Shown here: in pieces, positions 1-8,740 of the stretch | How the letters are laid out: every line of letters begins with the position of its first letter | Numbering within the stretch: the stretch's first letter is position 1 | Assembly (NCBI GenBank): GCA_031409335.1 | Contig: JANNWY010000029.1 | Location: 1 to 34,368, forward strand | Direction: 5' to 3' | DNA from: Chthoniobacteraceae bacterium | Lineage (GTDB): Bacteria; Verrucomicrobiota; Verrucomicrobiia; Chthoniobacterales; Chthoniobacteraceae | Length of the DNA stretch: 34,368 bases | Translations under genes and position numbers: made by a program | The notes under the pieces: model-generated | Databases searched by the model: none | What the model saw: only the letters and a program-made list of their open reading frames with translations | Told to the model about the DNA's origin: nothing

Positions 1-633
1 ATCCAGATTGCCGCCGAGTTGCTTCGCCGACTCGCGCAACGCATCGAGCACGCTCGCCCGGTTCGACAGGCGCTCGCGTTCCGACGCCTTCGCGCCCGCG
101 TTCGATTCGACAAACAGCGCCTCAAACAGACGCGCCGGATTGTCCACCGGCGGAAGGTTCACGCCCGCGCGGTTCCAGCACATGTTCGTGCCTTCACCAA
201 TCCCCGCCGTGATCGAAGGATACCGCGTCGCGGAACCCACATGCTCCGCGGCCACCTGGTCGATCGAAATATTCTTCTCCGGAAACCCCGCCGATTCCTC
301 CTTCTTCACGCCCGTGAGAAACGAATGCACCGCGCCGTGACCGCCCTTCGCGCCGTGATCGAGATGGGAGAAGACCGTGAAATCCCCGCGATGCGCCTGC
401 AACGGGGCCAGCGTCTGGCTGATCGTGTAGTCGCGCCCTTCCGCCGTCGGAAAAAATCCGCCCGGCCAAAAGCCGAGATGATTGCCGATGAAAATGAGCC
501 GCCTCGGCGTGACGCTCGGTGCCGCGACCGCGAAGCCAACGTTGAGGCTTTCGAAAGCCGGGAGTGCGAGCGCCATTCCAAATCCACGAAGGAAATGGCG
601 GCGGTCGATGACGGGGGTGTGGTGTGTGTTCAT
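1..633 (-). CDS. DUF1552 domain-containing protein, Tat-exported (partial, runs off the left edge)
   Basis: Not in the ORF track; hand translation from ATG at 633 is open to position 1: MNTHHTPVIDRRHFLRGFGMALALPAFESL...RRLIFIGNHLGFWPGGFFP...HGAVHSFLTG...NISIDQVAAEHVGSATRYPSI...DNPARLFEALF...RASVLDALRE. Twin-arginine DRRHFL; ISIDQVAA, PxxLFxxLF and SVLD motifs are typical of DUF1552. Confidence 0.85.
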   Translation of the reverse strand, partial: MNTHHTPVIDRRHFLRGFGMALALPAFESLNVGFAVAAPSVTPRRLIFIGNHLGFWPGGFFPTAEGRDYTISQTLAPLQAHRGDFTVFSHLDHGAKGGHGAVHSFLTGVKKEESAGFPEKNISIDQVAAEHVGSATRYPSITAGIGEGTNMCWNRAGVNLPPVDNPARLFEALFVESNAGAKASERERLSNRASVLDALRESAKQLGGNLD

Positions 634-661
634 GGTGTTGTGTGCGTTCGTGGGATTGGAA

Positions 662-720
662 AGTAGTTGCGGCTTCAGCCGCATGTTGAGTTGAAGGATA
701 CGGCTAAAGCCGAAGCCACT
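662..720. repeat. REP-like inverted doublet (REPIN-like)
   Basis: Left arm agtagttgcggcttcagccg (662-681); right arm 701-720 reverse-complements to agtggcttcggctttagccg. Each has GT(A/G)G followed by the palindrome CGGCTT(C/T)AGCCG; intergenic. Confidence 0.65.
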
Positions 721-724
721 TTGT

Positions 725-1639
725 TCACGGCAACGGCGGCGGCGTGAGCAACGACACGCGCACGTCATCCAGATAATGCGGGGACGTCCGCGCGGTCTTG
801 TCCGGCGTCCGCGTTCCGAGAAAAAGCACCAGGCTGCGAGCAGCGCGGGGCACTTGAATCCTCACGCTGACGGTCTGCCAGCCTTTGGTCCCCGGCATGA
901 CATCCACGCCTCTCGTGGCGGAGGCGATCGCTTCCTCCCGCCGGTGAAACCACGCCGCATCGAGACTCTCCGGCGCTTCGGTGACCCCAAACGCACGAAT
1001 GACGTAACGCACCGGTGCCTCGGCATCTGCCGCGGCGAATGATGCCGAGATTTCGATTTCCCGCGACTCACCGCCCTCGCCATTCGGCAGCGATTGCAGG
1101 TCCAGCACCTGGTAGATCCGCAGCACACCTCTGCTCAACGGTTCCATCCTGAGCATGAACTTGCCCTCCTTCGCTTGCACCCCGTTCTCCGCAGCCACCA
1201 CATGCGCTGCATCACCACTCCACTGTCCCGGCCCGCTGGGGAAGCCATTCGCCAGCGGCATCTGCGCCCTCTCGAAACTCGGCGCAAACACCGCCAGCGG
1301 CGTCCTCTTTTCCACCCCGCGCTGAACCACAAATCCGAAGACCACCGACGCGCTGAACAATCCAATCACCAGCCCCGCCGCTGCCGCTGTGAGCGGACGC
1401 CATTGGCGCCAGACACTCGGGTGCGGTGTGACGACCACCGCTTTTGCAGGCATGACAGGCTCAGCAGCCAGATGCGCATGCAGTCCCATTTCGACATCCT
1501 GATGCACGAACCACAGACGGCGCGCCTCGGCATCGCGACGCAGGGTTTCCTGAAGTTCCGCGTGCTCCTCGGGTGTGAGTGAGTCTGCCGCGTGGGCGGT
1601 GAACAGCTCGAACAATCGCTTTTTCTGGTCCGGGTTCAT
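725..1639 (-). CDS. Putative membrane-anchored anti-sigma factor (N-terminal anti-sigma helix, TM segment, C-terminal carbohydrate-binding-like domain), 304 aa
   Basis: True start is MNPDQKK at 1639 (ATGA overlap with the sigma stop). N-terminus LTPEEHAELQETLRRDAEARR resembles PVC anti-sigma N-termini; hydrophobic TAAAAGLVIGLFSASVVFGFVV; C-terminus ends HYLDDVRVSL (jelly-roll-like). Confidence 0.7.
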   Translation of the reverse strand: MNPDQKKRLFELFTAHAADSLTPEEHAELQETLRRDAEARRLWFVHQDVEMGLHAHLAAEPVMPAKAVVVTPHPSVWRQWRPLTAAAAGLVIGLFSASVVFGFVVQRGVEKRTPLAVFAPSFERAQMPLANGFPSGPGQWSGDAAHVVAAENGVQAKEGKFMLRMEPLSRGVLRIYQVLDLQSLPNGEGGESREIEISASFAAADAEAPVRYVIRAFGVTEAPESLDAAWFHRREEAIASATRGVDVMPGTKGWQTVSVRIQVPRAARSLVLFLGTRTPDKTARTSPHYLDDVRVSLLTPPPLP

Positions 1640-2157
1640 AGAGATTCCTCCTGCAATCGTTTCATCACGCAATCCGCCAGCAGGCGGCGGAGAAGCGCGA
1701 GTTTGTTGTAAAGCGTGCGCGGCGCGCGGCCCATCTTCTCCGCCAGCGCGGTGATGTCGCCATGGCCTGCGCACGAGGTCCGCAGCAAACCGCGATCATC
1801 CTCCCGAAGCGATTCCATGCACACCTCCAGCGCTTCCATGCGCCGCTCATGTTGCTCCAAGTCCTCGGCACGTTCCGTCGAGAGCAAGGCAAGCAGGTCA
1901 TCATCGAAATGCAAAGGCGAGCGTGACGCCGTGCGCTGGAAGTATTTTGCCTCGTAAAAGCAGATGGTGCTCGCCCATGCCGTGAAGTCGGTGCCGCTCT
2001 CGAACGAGCCAAATTTCTGCCACATCAGCAACGATGCCCGCTGCAGCACATCCTGCGCATCGTGCCAGCGCCCGAGCAACGAAAGCAGTTAGCCCAACAG
2101 CTTGCCATGCGACGCCGTAAGCAGCCCCACGAATTGCTCGTGACGCTCATTGGGCAT
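1636..2157 (-). pseudogene. ECF sigma-70 factor (Rhodopirellula/Verrucomicrobium type) with an in-frame TAA at codon 23
   Basis: ATG at 2157 gives MPNERHEQFVGLLTASHGKLLG*LLSLLGRWHDAQDVLQRASLLMWQKFGSFESGTDFTAWASTI...LAEKMGRAPRTLYNKLALLRRLLADCV. The stop at 2089-2091 sits where Tyr is expected (region 2.1). Regions 2 and 4 are recognisable. Confidence 0.8.
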
Positions 2158-2182
2158 GTCGGCCTGTTTTGGCAGATCCATT

Positions 2183-2228
2183 CACAGTTGTATGACCGGA
2201 ACAGGCCAAAGTGACCGGAGATTTTTTC
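2183..2228 (-). promoter_or_regulatory. Possible ECF-type (autoregulatory) promoter upstream of the sigma gene
   Basis: Minus strand reads gaaaaaatctccGGTCACtttggcctgttccgGTCATAcaactgtgaa, with tccggtca repeated twice at -35/-10-like spacing just upstream of the sigma start. Inference only. Confidence 0.3.
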
Positions 2229-2230
2229 AG

Positions 2231-2356
2231 AAGCTGAACAACTCTTTCCGCCTCACCATCGACATCATCGCGGAACAAACCGGCCTCGCCCACCGCCACT
2301 ATCTTCAGGCGGTCTTCAAACAACCCTACGGTCAAACTCCCGGTGCCTTCTGGCGC
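2231..2356 (+). pseudogene. AraC/XylS-family regulator C-terminal HTH remnant
   Basis: LTIDIIAEQTGLAHRHYLQAVFKQPYGQTPGAFWR matches the AraC signature (IA..GF....F...FK...G.TP..[FY]R); the N-terminal part is missing. Confidence 0.6.
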
Positions 2357-2522
2357 GCGCGAATACGGATGCCCGTAGCAATGCAGGTCGCTGCCCCCCT
2401 AGATCGTCGGCGAGGAGGAAGACAATGTTGGTCTGCTGCGCTCCGGGCTTGGTTGCTGCGAAGGCATTGCCGACCAGGAACAGGAAGGACAAGGCGGCGA
2501 GCCGGAGTGCGGCTGTTTTCAT
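2351..2522 (-). pseudogene. Sulfatase 5' remnant (frameshifted and truncated)
   Basis: MKTAALRLAALSFLFLVGNAFA (signal) ...TNIVFLLADDLG; removing one base from the 6-G run (C run at 2394-2399) gives GSDLHCYGHPYSRAP, the canonical sulfatase N-terminus. It is truncated before the CxPxR motif. Confidence 0.75.
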
Positions 2523-2559
2523 GGTGATGCTTTTTTGATGAGCGAGTTCGGGAATGCGG

Positions 2560-4524
2560 TCACTTGCCGACTTCCGCCACATTGACGGCGCGGACTTGGA
2601 GGTCTTTGAAAAGCTCATTTGCCTTGAATGCACCGGCACGCGTGTCCTTGCCGCTGGTCCAGAGCGGCGTGGTGCTGCCGTCCGCGTGACGGATGCGAAG
2701 GTTGTCGAGGTAGATGGTGAAGGTGCCTGCGGTGCCGCCGGTGAAGACGACGCCGTGCTTGCCTAGCGGACCCGGCGCGGTGCTGCCGAGACCCACGATG
2801 CGATGCTCCCAGGCGCTCTTGCCATCAGCGATGCCGGGGCCGGTGCTCTGGTCGCGGCCAAACTGATCCACGCCCGTGCCGGGCTTGAAGAGCGGGCCGA
2901 AGAGTTTGCTGTTGTTGCCTTCAAGTGTGGAGAAATACGGGCGCCGCTTCGGTGCGCTCGGCGAAAAGGCGATGTCGTATTCGATCCAGTCAGTGGCGTA
3001 TTGCGTGCCGTTCCAGTTCGCCAGCGAGATGGCGAGGCGATCCTTCGGTTTGGCTTTGTCAGTGATGGTGACGGTGACAGCGAGCACCTCGCCCTCTGGC
3101 GCAGCGGGCTGGTAATACTTGGCGGGTGCAGGCTGGTGGCTGAGTCCGACACCCATCGAATCGACCCAGGCATCCATCTTGGCCGTGAGCGATTTGACCA
3201 CGTCGGGATAAGTATCGGCGACGTTGTTCGCTTCAATCTCCTCCTTGGTGATGTCATAAAGTTCGTAGCGATTAAAGAACCGGTGGAGCTTCCACTGCGC
3301 GGTGCGGATCGCGTCCTCATCGCGCCAGACCCAGTAGTAACTTTCCACGGGGCTGGGCTGGTTGTCGCGCAGCACGGGCCAGATGTTTTTGCCATCGAGC
3401 GGTCGCGTTTGCGGCATCGTCGAGCCAGTCATCGCCATCAGCGTCGGGAACATGTCCAGCGCGCCGCAGAGGCCGTTCCATTTCCTGCCGCCGACCAGCC
3501 CGCCCTTGGGCCAGTGAATGGCGGTGGGCAGGCGCACGCCGCCGTCGTAGAGGGTGTGCTTGTGGCCGCGCAACGGCAGGCTGCTGCCCGCTTCCATCGC
3601 ACCGTTGTCGCTGGTGAAAACGAAGATGGTGTTCTCGCTCAAGCCGAGCTTGTCGAGTTCCGCGATGATGGCGGCGACGTTGTTGTCGAGCGCGTGGAGC
3701 ATGGCCGCGTGGATGTGCTTGTTCTCGTCGGTAGTCTTGCCGCTGGCGCTGGGGAGCTTCACGGCCATTTTCGCATCCATCTTTGCCAAATCACTCTCCT
3801 TCGCCTGAAGCGGCCCGTGGGCGATCTGGAAAGGGATGTAGCAAAAGAAGGGCTGGTCCTTGCTGGCCCGAATAAACTCCAGCGCGTGCTGCGTGAGAAG
3901 ATCGTCCGTGTAGCCTTCGTCCTGCGGGCGGAACTCACGATTGTGCCACCACGACACCGGCCCCGCGCCGTTAATGGTGCGGCGATTGAAATGGTCCGGG
4001 CCGCCGCCGTAATAAACCCACGCTTCATCGAACCCATGCGCGTTGGCACCGTGACCGAACGAGGGTTTCTTGTTCGGCACGTGTTTGAACGCCTCGGCGA
4101 ACGCGGCGCGGTATTCCGGCGCGTCGGGGTCGCTTCCATTGTGCCACTTGCCAAAGACGCCCGTGCGATAGCCGTTGGCCTTGAACCCTTCGGCGATGGT
4201 CGTCTCTTCCAGCGCCAACTCCCCGCCAACCTCCGGCGCAGTACCCACGCGGATGGGATGGCGCCCGGTGAGCAACATCGCGCGCGTGGGCGAGCACACG
4301 CACCAGCCCATGAAGTTCCTCAGCTCGACACCGCGGGAAAAGAGCCGGTCAATGTTTGGCGTGGGCACGCCGCCGCCGTGCGCGCTGATGTCACCCCAGC
4401 CAAGATCATCGGCCATGATGTAAACGACATTGGGTTTAGCCGAGTGGGGCTCGGTGACAGCAAAGATGTCGCGACTCAGTAACAGCAAGGATAGCGTGGC
4501 TAAAAGGAAGGCGTTTGTTTTCAT
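2560..4524 (-). CDS. Formylglycine-dependent sulfatase (S1 family) with a C-terminal extra domain, 654 aa
   Basis: Signal peptide; PNVVYIMADDLGWGD; catalytic CSPTR-AMLLTGR (4282-4296); GKWH; FTSDNG; KHTLYDGGVRLP; ELYDI; followed by a ~180 aa beta-rich extension. Confidence 0.93.
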   Translation of the reverse strand: MKTNAFLLATLSLLLLSRDIFAVTEPHSAKPNVVYIMADDLGWGDISAHGGGVPTPNIDRLFSRGVELRNFMGWCVCSPTRAMLLTGRHPIRVGTAPEVGGELALEETTIAEGFKANGYRTGVFGKWHNGSDPDAPEYRAAFAEAFKHVPNKKPSFGHGANAHGFDEAWVYYGGGPDHFNRRTINGAGPVSWWHNREFRPQDEGYTDDLLTQHALEFIRASKDQPFFCYIPFQIAHGPLQAKESDLAKMDAKMAVKLPSASGKTTDENKHIHAAMLHALDNNVAAIIAELDKLGLSENTIFVFTSDNGAMEAGSSLPLRGHKHTLYDGGVRLPTAIHWPKGGLVGGRKWNGLCGALDMFPTLMAMTGSTMPQTRPLDGKNIWPVLRDNQPSPVESYYWVWRDEDAIRTAQWKLHRFFNRYELYDITKEEIEANNVADTYPDVVKSLTAKMDAWVDSMGVGLSHQPAPAKYYQPAAPEGEVLAVTVTITDKAKPKDRLAISLANWNGTQYATDWIEYDIAFSPSAPKRRPYFSTLEGNNSKLFGPLFKPGTGVDQFGRDQSTGPGIADGKSAWEHRIVGLGSTAPGPLGKHGVVFTGGTAGTFTIYLDNLRIRHADGSTTPLWTSGKDTRAGAFKANELFKDLQVRAVNVAEVGK

Positions 4525-5195
4525 GGTGATGGTTGGTTGGTAAAGACTCCGACGCGTCGGTCATTTTGCGCCTTCCATCCCATGCGCACGAGATAGGGTG
4601 CTTTCAACCCTGCGGCGATGGTTTGCCGCTTCCACTCATCCCACTTGACCCTGCCGACTTTCGCAATCCTTGCTAACAAACACAGCAGCGGTCGCCCTTC
4701 GAGCCCAGTTTGGAAATCGGGGTGCTGGAAGCGCTCCACGATCTTGCTCCATGCTTTCGTGACCACTTTGTCGAGTCGCGCCCCTTCCTCGACGAGGCAG
4801 TAACGGATGCCTTTCTTGTCCTTCGCCGCGAGGTAGCGATTCAAGCTGATGCTCATGCCCGGAGCTTCATCGAGGTATTCGAGAAAGGCCCAATAGTTCC
4901 GCCCCGCTTGCGCAGCATATGCGATCTCCTGCTCCATGATGGTCTGCAAGTCACCATTGATGCCAACCTTGCGCTCGCTCACCACCCTGGCGAACCACGG
5001 CAGGCGAAAATGATACTTGAGTTGTCCCGGCGACGCCTCCACCGCTTTTGTCACGCTGCCATCGCCATACCATGCGTCCCAGCGGTTGGCACCCACGATG
5101 GGAACGTCATCCGCAGCATGCAGCGCTGGCAGCGGAACCAGGCCGGACAAAAGACGAGCCGCAATAGTAGAACGCAACAATGAGAGACACTTCAT
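4521..5195 (-). pseudogene. GH99/GH71-like TIM-barrel protein, apparently C-terminally truncated/degenerate (224 aa)
   Basis: Start MKCLSLL at 5195; signal peptide; VGANRWDAW, FRLPWFA, MEQEIAYAAQAGRNYWAF, GRPLL motifs typical of GH99-like barrels; too short for a complete barrel; its stop overlaps the sulfatase start. Confidence 0.5.
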
Positions 5196-5286
5196 CACGA
5201 TATCATTGAAGCCATGCTTGGTTTCACCGAACGGCTTTGAATCGCCGCCTCTTGAAGCCACCGTCCATGCCGGGAAATTCGACGCT

Positions 5287-6522
5287 TCACGGGCAACCCT
5301 GCTTCATCATGTTGAGCGTGGCTTCCGCAAAAGCCTTGCCCATCGGCGCGAAAGTCTTCGCGCAGCCGAGGTAGTGATAGCCGGCGTTCGAGGCGCCGCG
5401 TTTCCATGCGGCGACTTCCGCGGGCGAGATGAGCTTGGCCTCGAACTCCTTCACATGCACGCGCTTCTGCTCGTCGGTCATTTGACCATCGGCGTTCGCG
5501 TGGTCCTTGTGCTTCGAGTCGAGGAAGTGTCGCATTTGGTTCACCTTTTCACGCTTGTCGGCGATGGCTCCGAGTTCTTCCGACCAAAACGGCGCGGTTT
5601 GCACGGCGGTGACGTTTCCTTTGAACTCAGGCAGTAGCGACGGAGCCGTCATGGCTTCGCGAAAGGCGACGACATCAGCGCCCGCCTTCGCGCCGCCGAC
5701 TCCCATTACGCCGATCACAAATGGCATCTTCGGCGCGTTGAGTTCCTTGCGCACGTCGCGGACGAAATGGGCGAGCACGTCCGAGTAAGGGGCGAATCGG
5801 TCCGGCTTGTTGTGGCCCGGATAAACGTGGCCATCGACCATGTCGTTCCAGCCTTGGAGCCAGGCAAAGCCCGCGACGTCAAAGCCCTGCGCGGGGTCGT
5901 ATTGCGGATAGACGCGCTTCGGGTCGGCGAGCACTTTTTTCACATGCGCGATCATCAGGCGGTAGTAGTGCCCGGTCTCCTTCGCCTTCTCGACTTTCCA
6001 CTGCTCGAAATCCTTCGGGATGCCGTGCCCGGTTTGCTTGGGATAGTTGTCCCGCTGAAACGAACTCAATGGATAAGGCCCCGCGCTCGGCGGGCGGAAA
6101 TCGGTATGCAGGCTCTTGCCACCCCACGCCGTCTTGATGATGAGGATCGGCTCATCCAGCGCCTCGTCCATCGTGATGTCGAATGTGAACTCGGGGCCGA
6201 TCTTGCCGCCATCCTGCTCCGGCTTTTGTCGCGAGCCGTAGCCCGCGGTGAGTTTGCCAAACCCCTCGCCGTTATTGTCACCGCTGCCGGTGAAATAGGA
6301 AATCCACGCCCCGTCGCACACGCGCAATTTGCCGTCCGCGTCGCGCCTTTGTTTCAGCAAAGGCGCGGTGGCCGGATCATCGCCGATGTAGTCAAAAGTC
6401 TCGCTTTTCGCATGGCCCTCCATGTTCGACTGCCCGGCGAGGATGAAGATTTTGAGCGGCTTCGCATCCGCGCTGGCGGCGGCGAAGAGCACGGTGATGA
6501 GGAATGTGGCGATGGGTTTCAT
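5287..6522 (-). CDS. Sialate O-acetylesterase (SASA/CE6-like SGNH carbohydrate esterase)
   Basis: Signal peptide MKPIATFLITVLFAAASADA; IFILAGQSNMEG; KTAWGGKSL; WLQGWND; terminal GYHYLG. Confidence 0.88.
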   Translation of the reverse strand: MKPIATFLITVLFAAASADAKPLKIFILAGQSNMEGHAKSETFDYIGDDPATAPLLKQRRDADGKLRVCDGAWISYFTGSGDNNGEGFGKLTAGYGSRQKPEQDGGKIGPEFTFDITMDEALDEPILIIKTAWGGKSLHTDFRPPSAGPYPLSSFQRDNYPKQTGHGIPKDFEQWKVEKAKETGHYYRLMIAHVKKVLADPKRVYPQYDPAQGFDVAGFAWLQGWNDMVDGHVYPGHNKPDRFAPYSDVLAHFVRDVRKELNAPKMPFVIGVMGVGGAKAGADVVAFREAMTAPSLLPEFKGNVTAVQTAPFWSEELGAIADKREKVNQMRHFLDSKHKDHANADGQMTDEQKRVHVKEFEAKLISPAEVAAWKRGASNAGYHYLGCAKTFAPMGKAFAEATLNMMKQGCP

Positions 6523-6567
6523 GAGCAATTCTTTCTGATGCTAGTTGGGTGAATGGGGTGCCTGCTG

Positions 6568-8031
6568 CTATTTGCCTTCCTTGGCCCACTGCTTCATGCG
6601 TGCGCTGTTCTTTCGGATGGCCTCTTTGCGGTCTTTGGCAGATGGGTGATTGAGTTCGTCGGCGAGGTTGGCATCGCAGGCTTTTTCCGATTCCGGGCCG
6701 AGGTCGTGCGTCTCCACCATCCAGCGGTCGAGCCGCGCGCAGGGTTTGCAGCGTGGAGCGCAATTGCGGATCATCGGCCAGGTTGCGGATCTCAAAAGGG
6801 TCGGCCTGCACGTCATAGAGTTCCTCGGCGGCGCGGGTGGGCGAGAATAGGATTTCCTCCTGCAACGGGCTCAGCTTGCCTTGCGTGTGGAGTTCGCGGA
6901 GCCGCAGGAGGAACGGCTTGGTGTCCTTGTAATCATTGGGCTGCAGCATGGGTCGTTGCGGGTGGAAATTGCGGATGTATTTGAACTGCTCGGTGCGCAC
7001 GCTGCGAATCCGATCCACCGTTTCACCACAACGATCGCGCGCGCCGAAGACGGCGTCACGCCGTGGGTAGTCTTTGGCAAAGATATCGCGGCCCCGCATC
7101 CATGATGGCACCGGCAGGCCCGCCCAAGCCAGCGAGGTGGCTGCCATGTCAATGTGCTCGATGAGGTCGGTGCGAACGGCGCCGCGGGCAATGCCGGGGC
7201 CGCACACGATGAAGGGAGTCCGTATCCCCTCATCATACAGGAACTGCTTACCCCTCGCATGGCTGATGCCGTTGTCGCCCATCAGAACGATGATGGTTTG
7301 GTCGAGGATGCCTTCGGTTTCCAAGCGCTGGAGAATTTCGCCGACCTGTCGGTCACAGAGCCGGATGCAATCCAGGTACTGCGCCCAATCTTCGAGCAAC
7401 AAAGGATCACGCGGGTAATAGGGTGGCAGGGAAACATTCTCCAGTCGGTCAACGTGCCCAGTGCCTTGGGTGCCACGTCGCGATACCAGCGGCCATCGTC
7501 ATTGCGATTTTTTCCGCCCCACAGTTGGATCTGGGCGAAGAATAGCTGGCCCGGCTTGCGTCCCGACCAATCATTGCCGTCATAGATCTTCTGATCCCAT
7601 TCAAAGTTATAGTCAGTCTTACCCAGTCTCTTGCCCTTTCCGGGATAGTCGCCATTGGAGGTGTAATACCCGGCGCGTTGAAACAACGCGGGCACCAGCT
7701 CCACGCCGGCCGGCAGATGGCTTTTCTCCGTGCCCCTGCCACTGCGGTGATGGTGAGTACCGATGGTGGTCTGAACCATTCCAGTGATCATCGCCGAGCG
7801 TGACGGCGAGCAGACCGATGCCGTGAGAAAGGCCCGGTCAAACCGCGTGCCCTCGCGAACCAGACGGTCGATGTTCGGTGTCTCAATCTTCTGTTCCCCA
7901 TAGCATGGCAACTCTGCGTCCACGTCATCCATGACGATCCAGAGGATGTTGGCTTTCTTCGCATCGGCAGCAGGAAGCGCGGCCAGCGGCGCGAGCAGCA
8001 GAGCAGCTAGAAGTGTGAGGACATGTTTCAC
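6568..8031 (-). pseudogene. Sulfatase (S1) with two frameshifts
   Basis: Three ORF pieces join into one ~487 aa sulfatase: GTG start, NILWIVMDD, CSPSR (7798-7812); 1-nt loss near 7443 into ENVSLPPYYPRDP..YLD..MGDNG..RGKQFLYDEG..EELYD; 2-nt loss in a (GC)n run near 6736 into RLDRWMVETHDLGPE. Confidence 0.85.
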
Positions 8032-8050
8032 GGGAGATGCATCGCTAGCT

Positions 8051-8740
8051 TCACGGTGAGGTTACTTTGAGACGCGCGAAGCGCACGGGAATGGTCGGAC
8101 CGGCCGGGATAGTAGCCTTGATGGATTGCACCGTGCCGTTGTCGCTAAGGATGGTCTGTGTGACGCCCGCAGCGGCCCAGGAATTCGGGGCAAGCGTATC
8201 GCTCCACTCGATCGCGAAGATCACGCCTCCGGTGAGCGCGGTTTTGCTGCGGGTGTAGGTGATCTCCACGGCGCTCGCGGTACGGATGGCCGAGATTACG
8301 ACGCGGCTGGTGGCGTTGGGATTTTGCGCGGTGGCGTATTCGAGCAGGTTGATCTCGCCGTCGTTGTTTGCATCCGCGAGATCGGCGGAGTTGCCGGTGT
8401 TGGCGGTGGTGCCGAAGTTGGCGAAGCGCCACGTTTCCAACCCGGTTCCCGTGACGGTGAGGATAAAGGTGTCCATCGCGGTGAGCGTGCCGTCGCTCAC
8501 GGTGACGGTGAGAGTGGAGCTGCCTAGCTGATTTGCGGCGGGAGTGACGGTGACGGTGCGGCTCGTGCCAATGCCGGCGAAAACGATGCCTGGAAGCGGA
8601 ATGAGCGTCGGGTTCGACGAAGCCTTCGTCAGCGTGAGTGAGGTCGCGGCAGTTTCGATGTCACCGATGGTGATAGCGATGGCTCCGGTGTTGGTATTCA
8701 CGGCGATGCTGCGGTCGGCGATGTTGCTGATGGTGGGGGC
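8051..8740 (-). repeat. Ig repeat + C-terminal domain type A, copy 1 (paralogous to 11326-12015)
   Basis: Collinear with the 3' end of 11326-14511 at both DNA and protein level (ETWRFANFGTTANTGN..NLLEYATAQ..EWSDTLA..RFARLKVTSP). Confidence 0.85.

Noticed and set aside
1640..1774. 45-aa N-terminal extension of the anti-sigma ORF
   Set aside because: It overlaps the sigma gene; the ATGA-coupled start at 1639 is more plausible.
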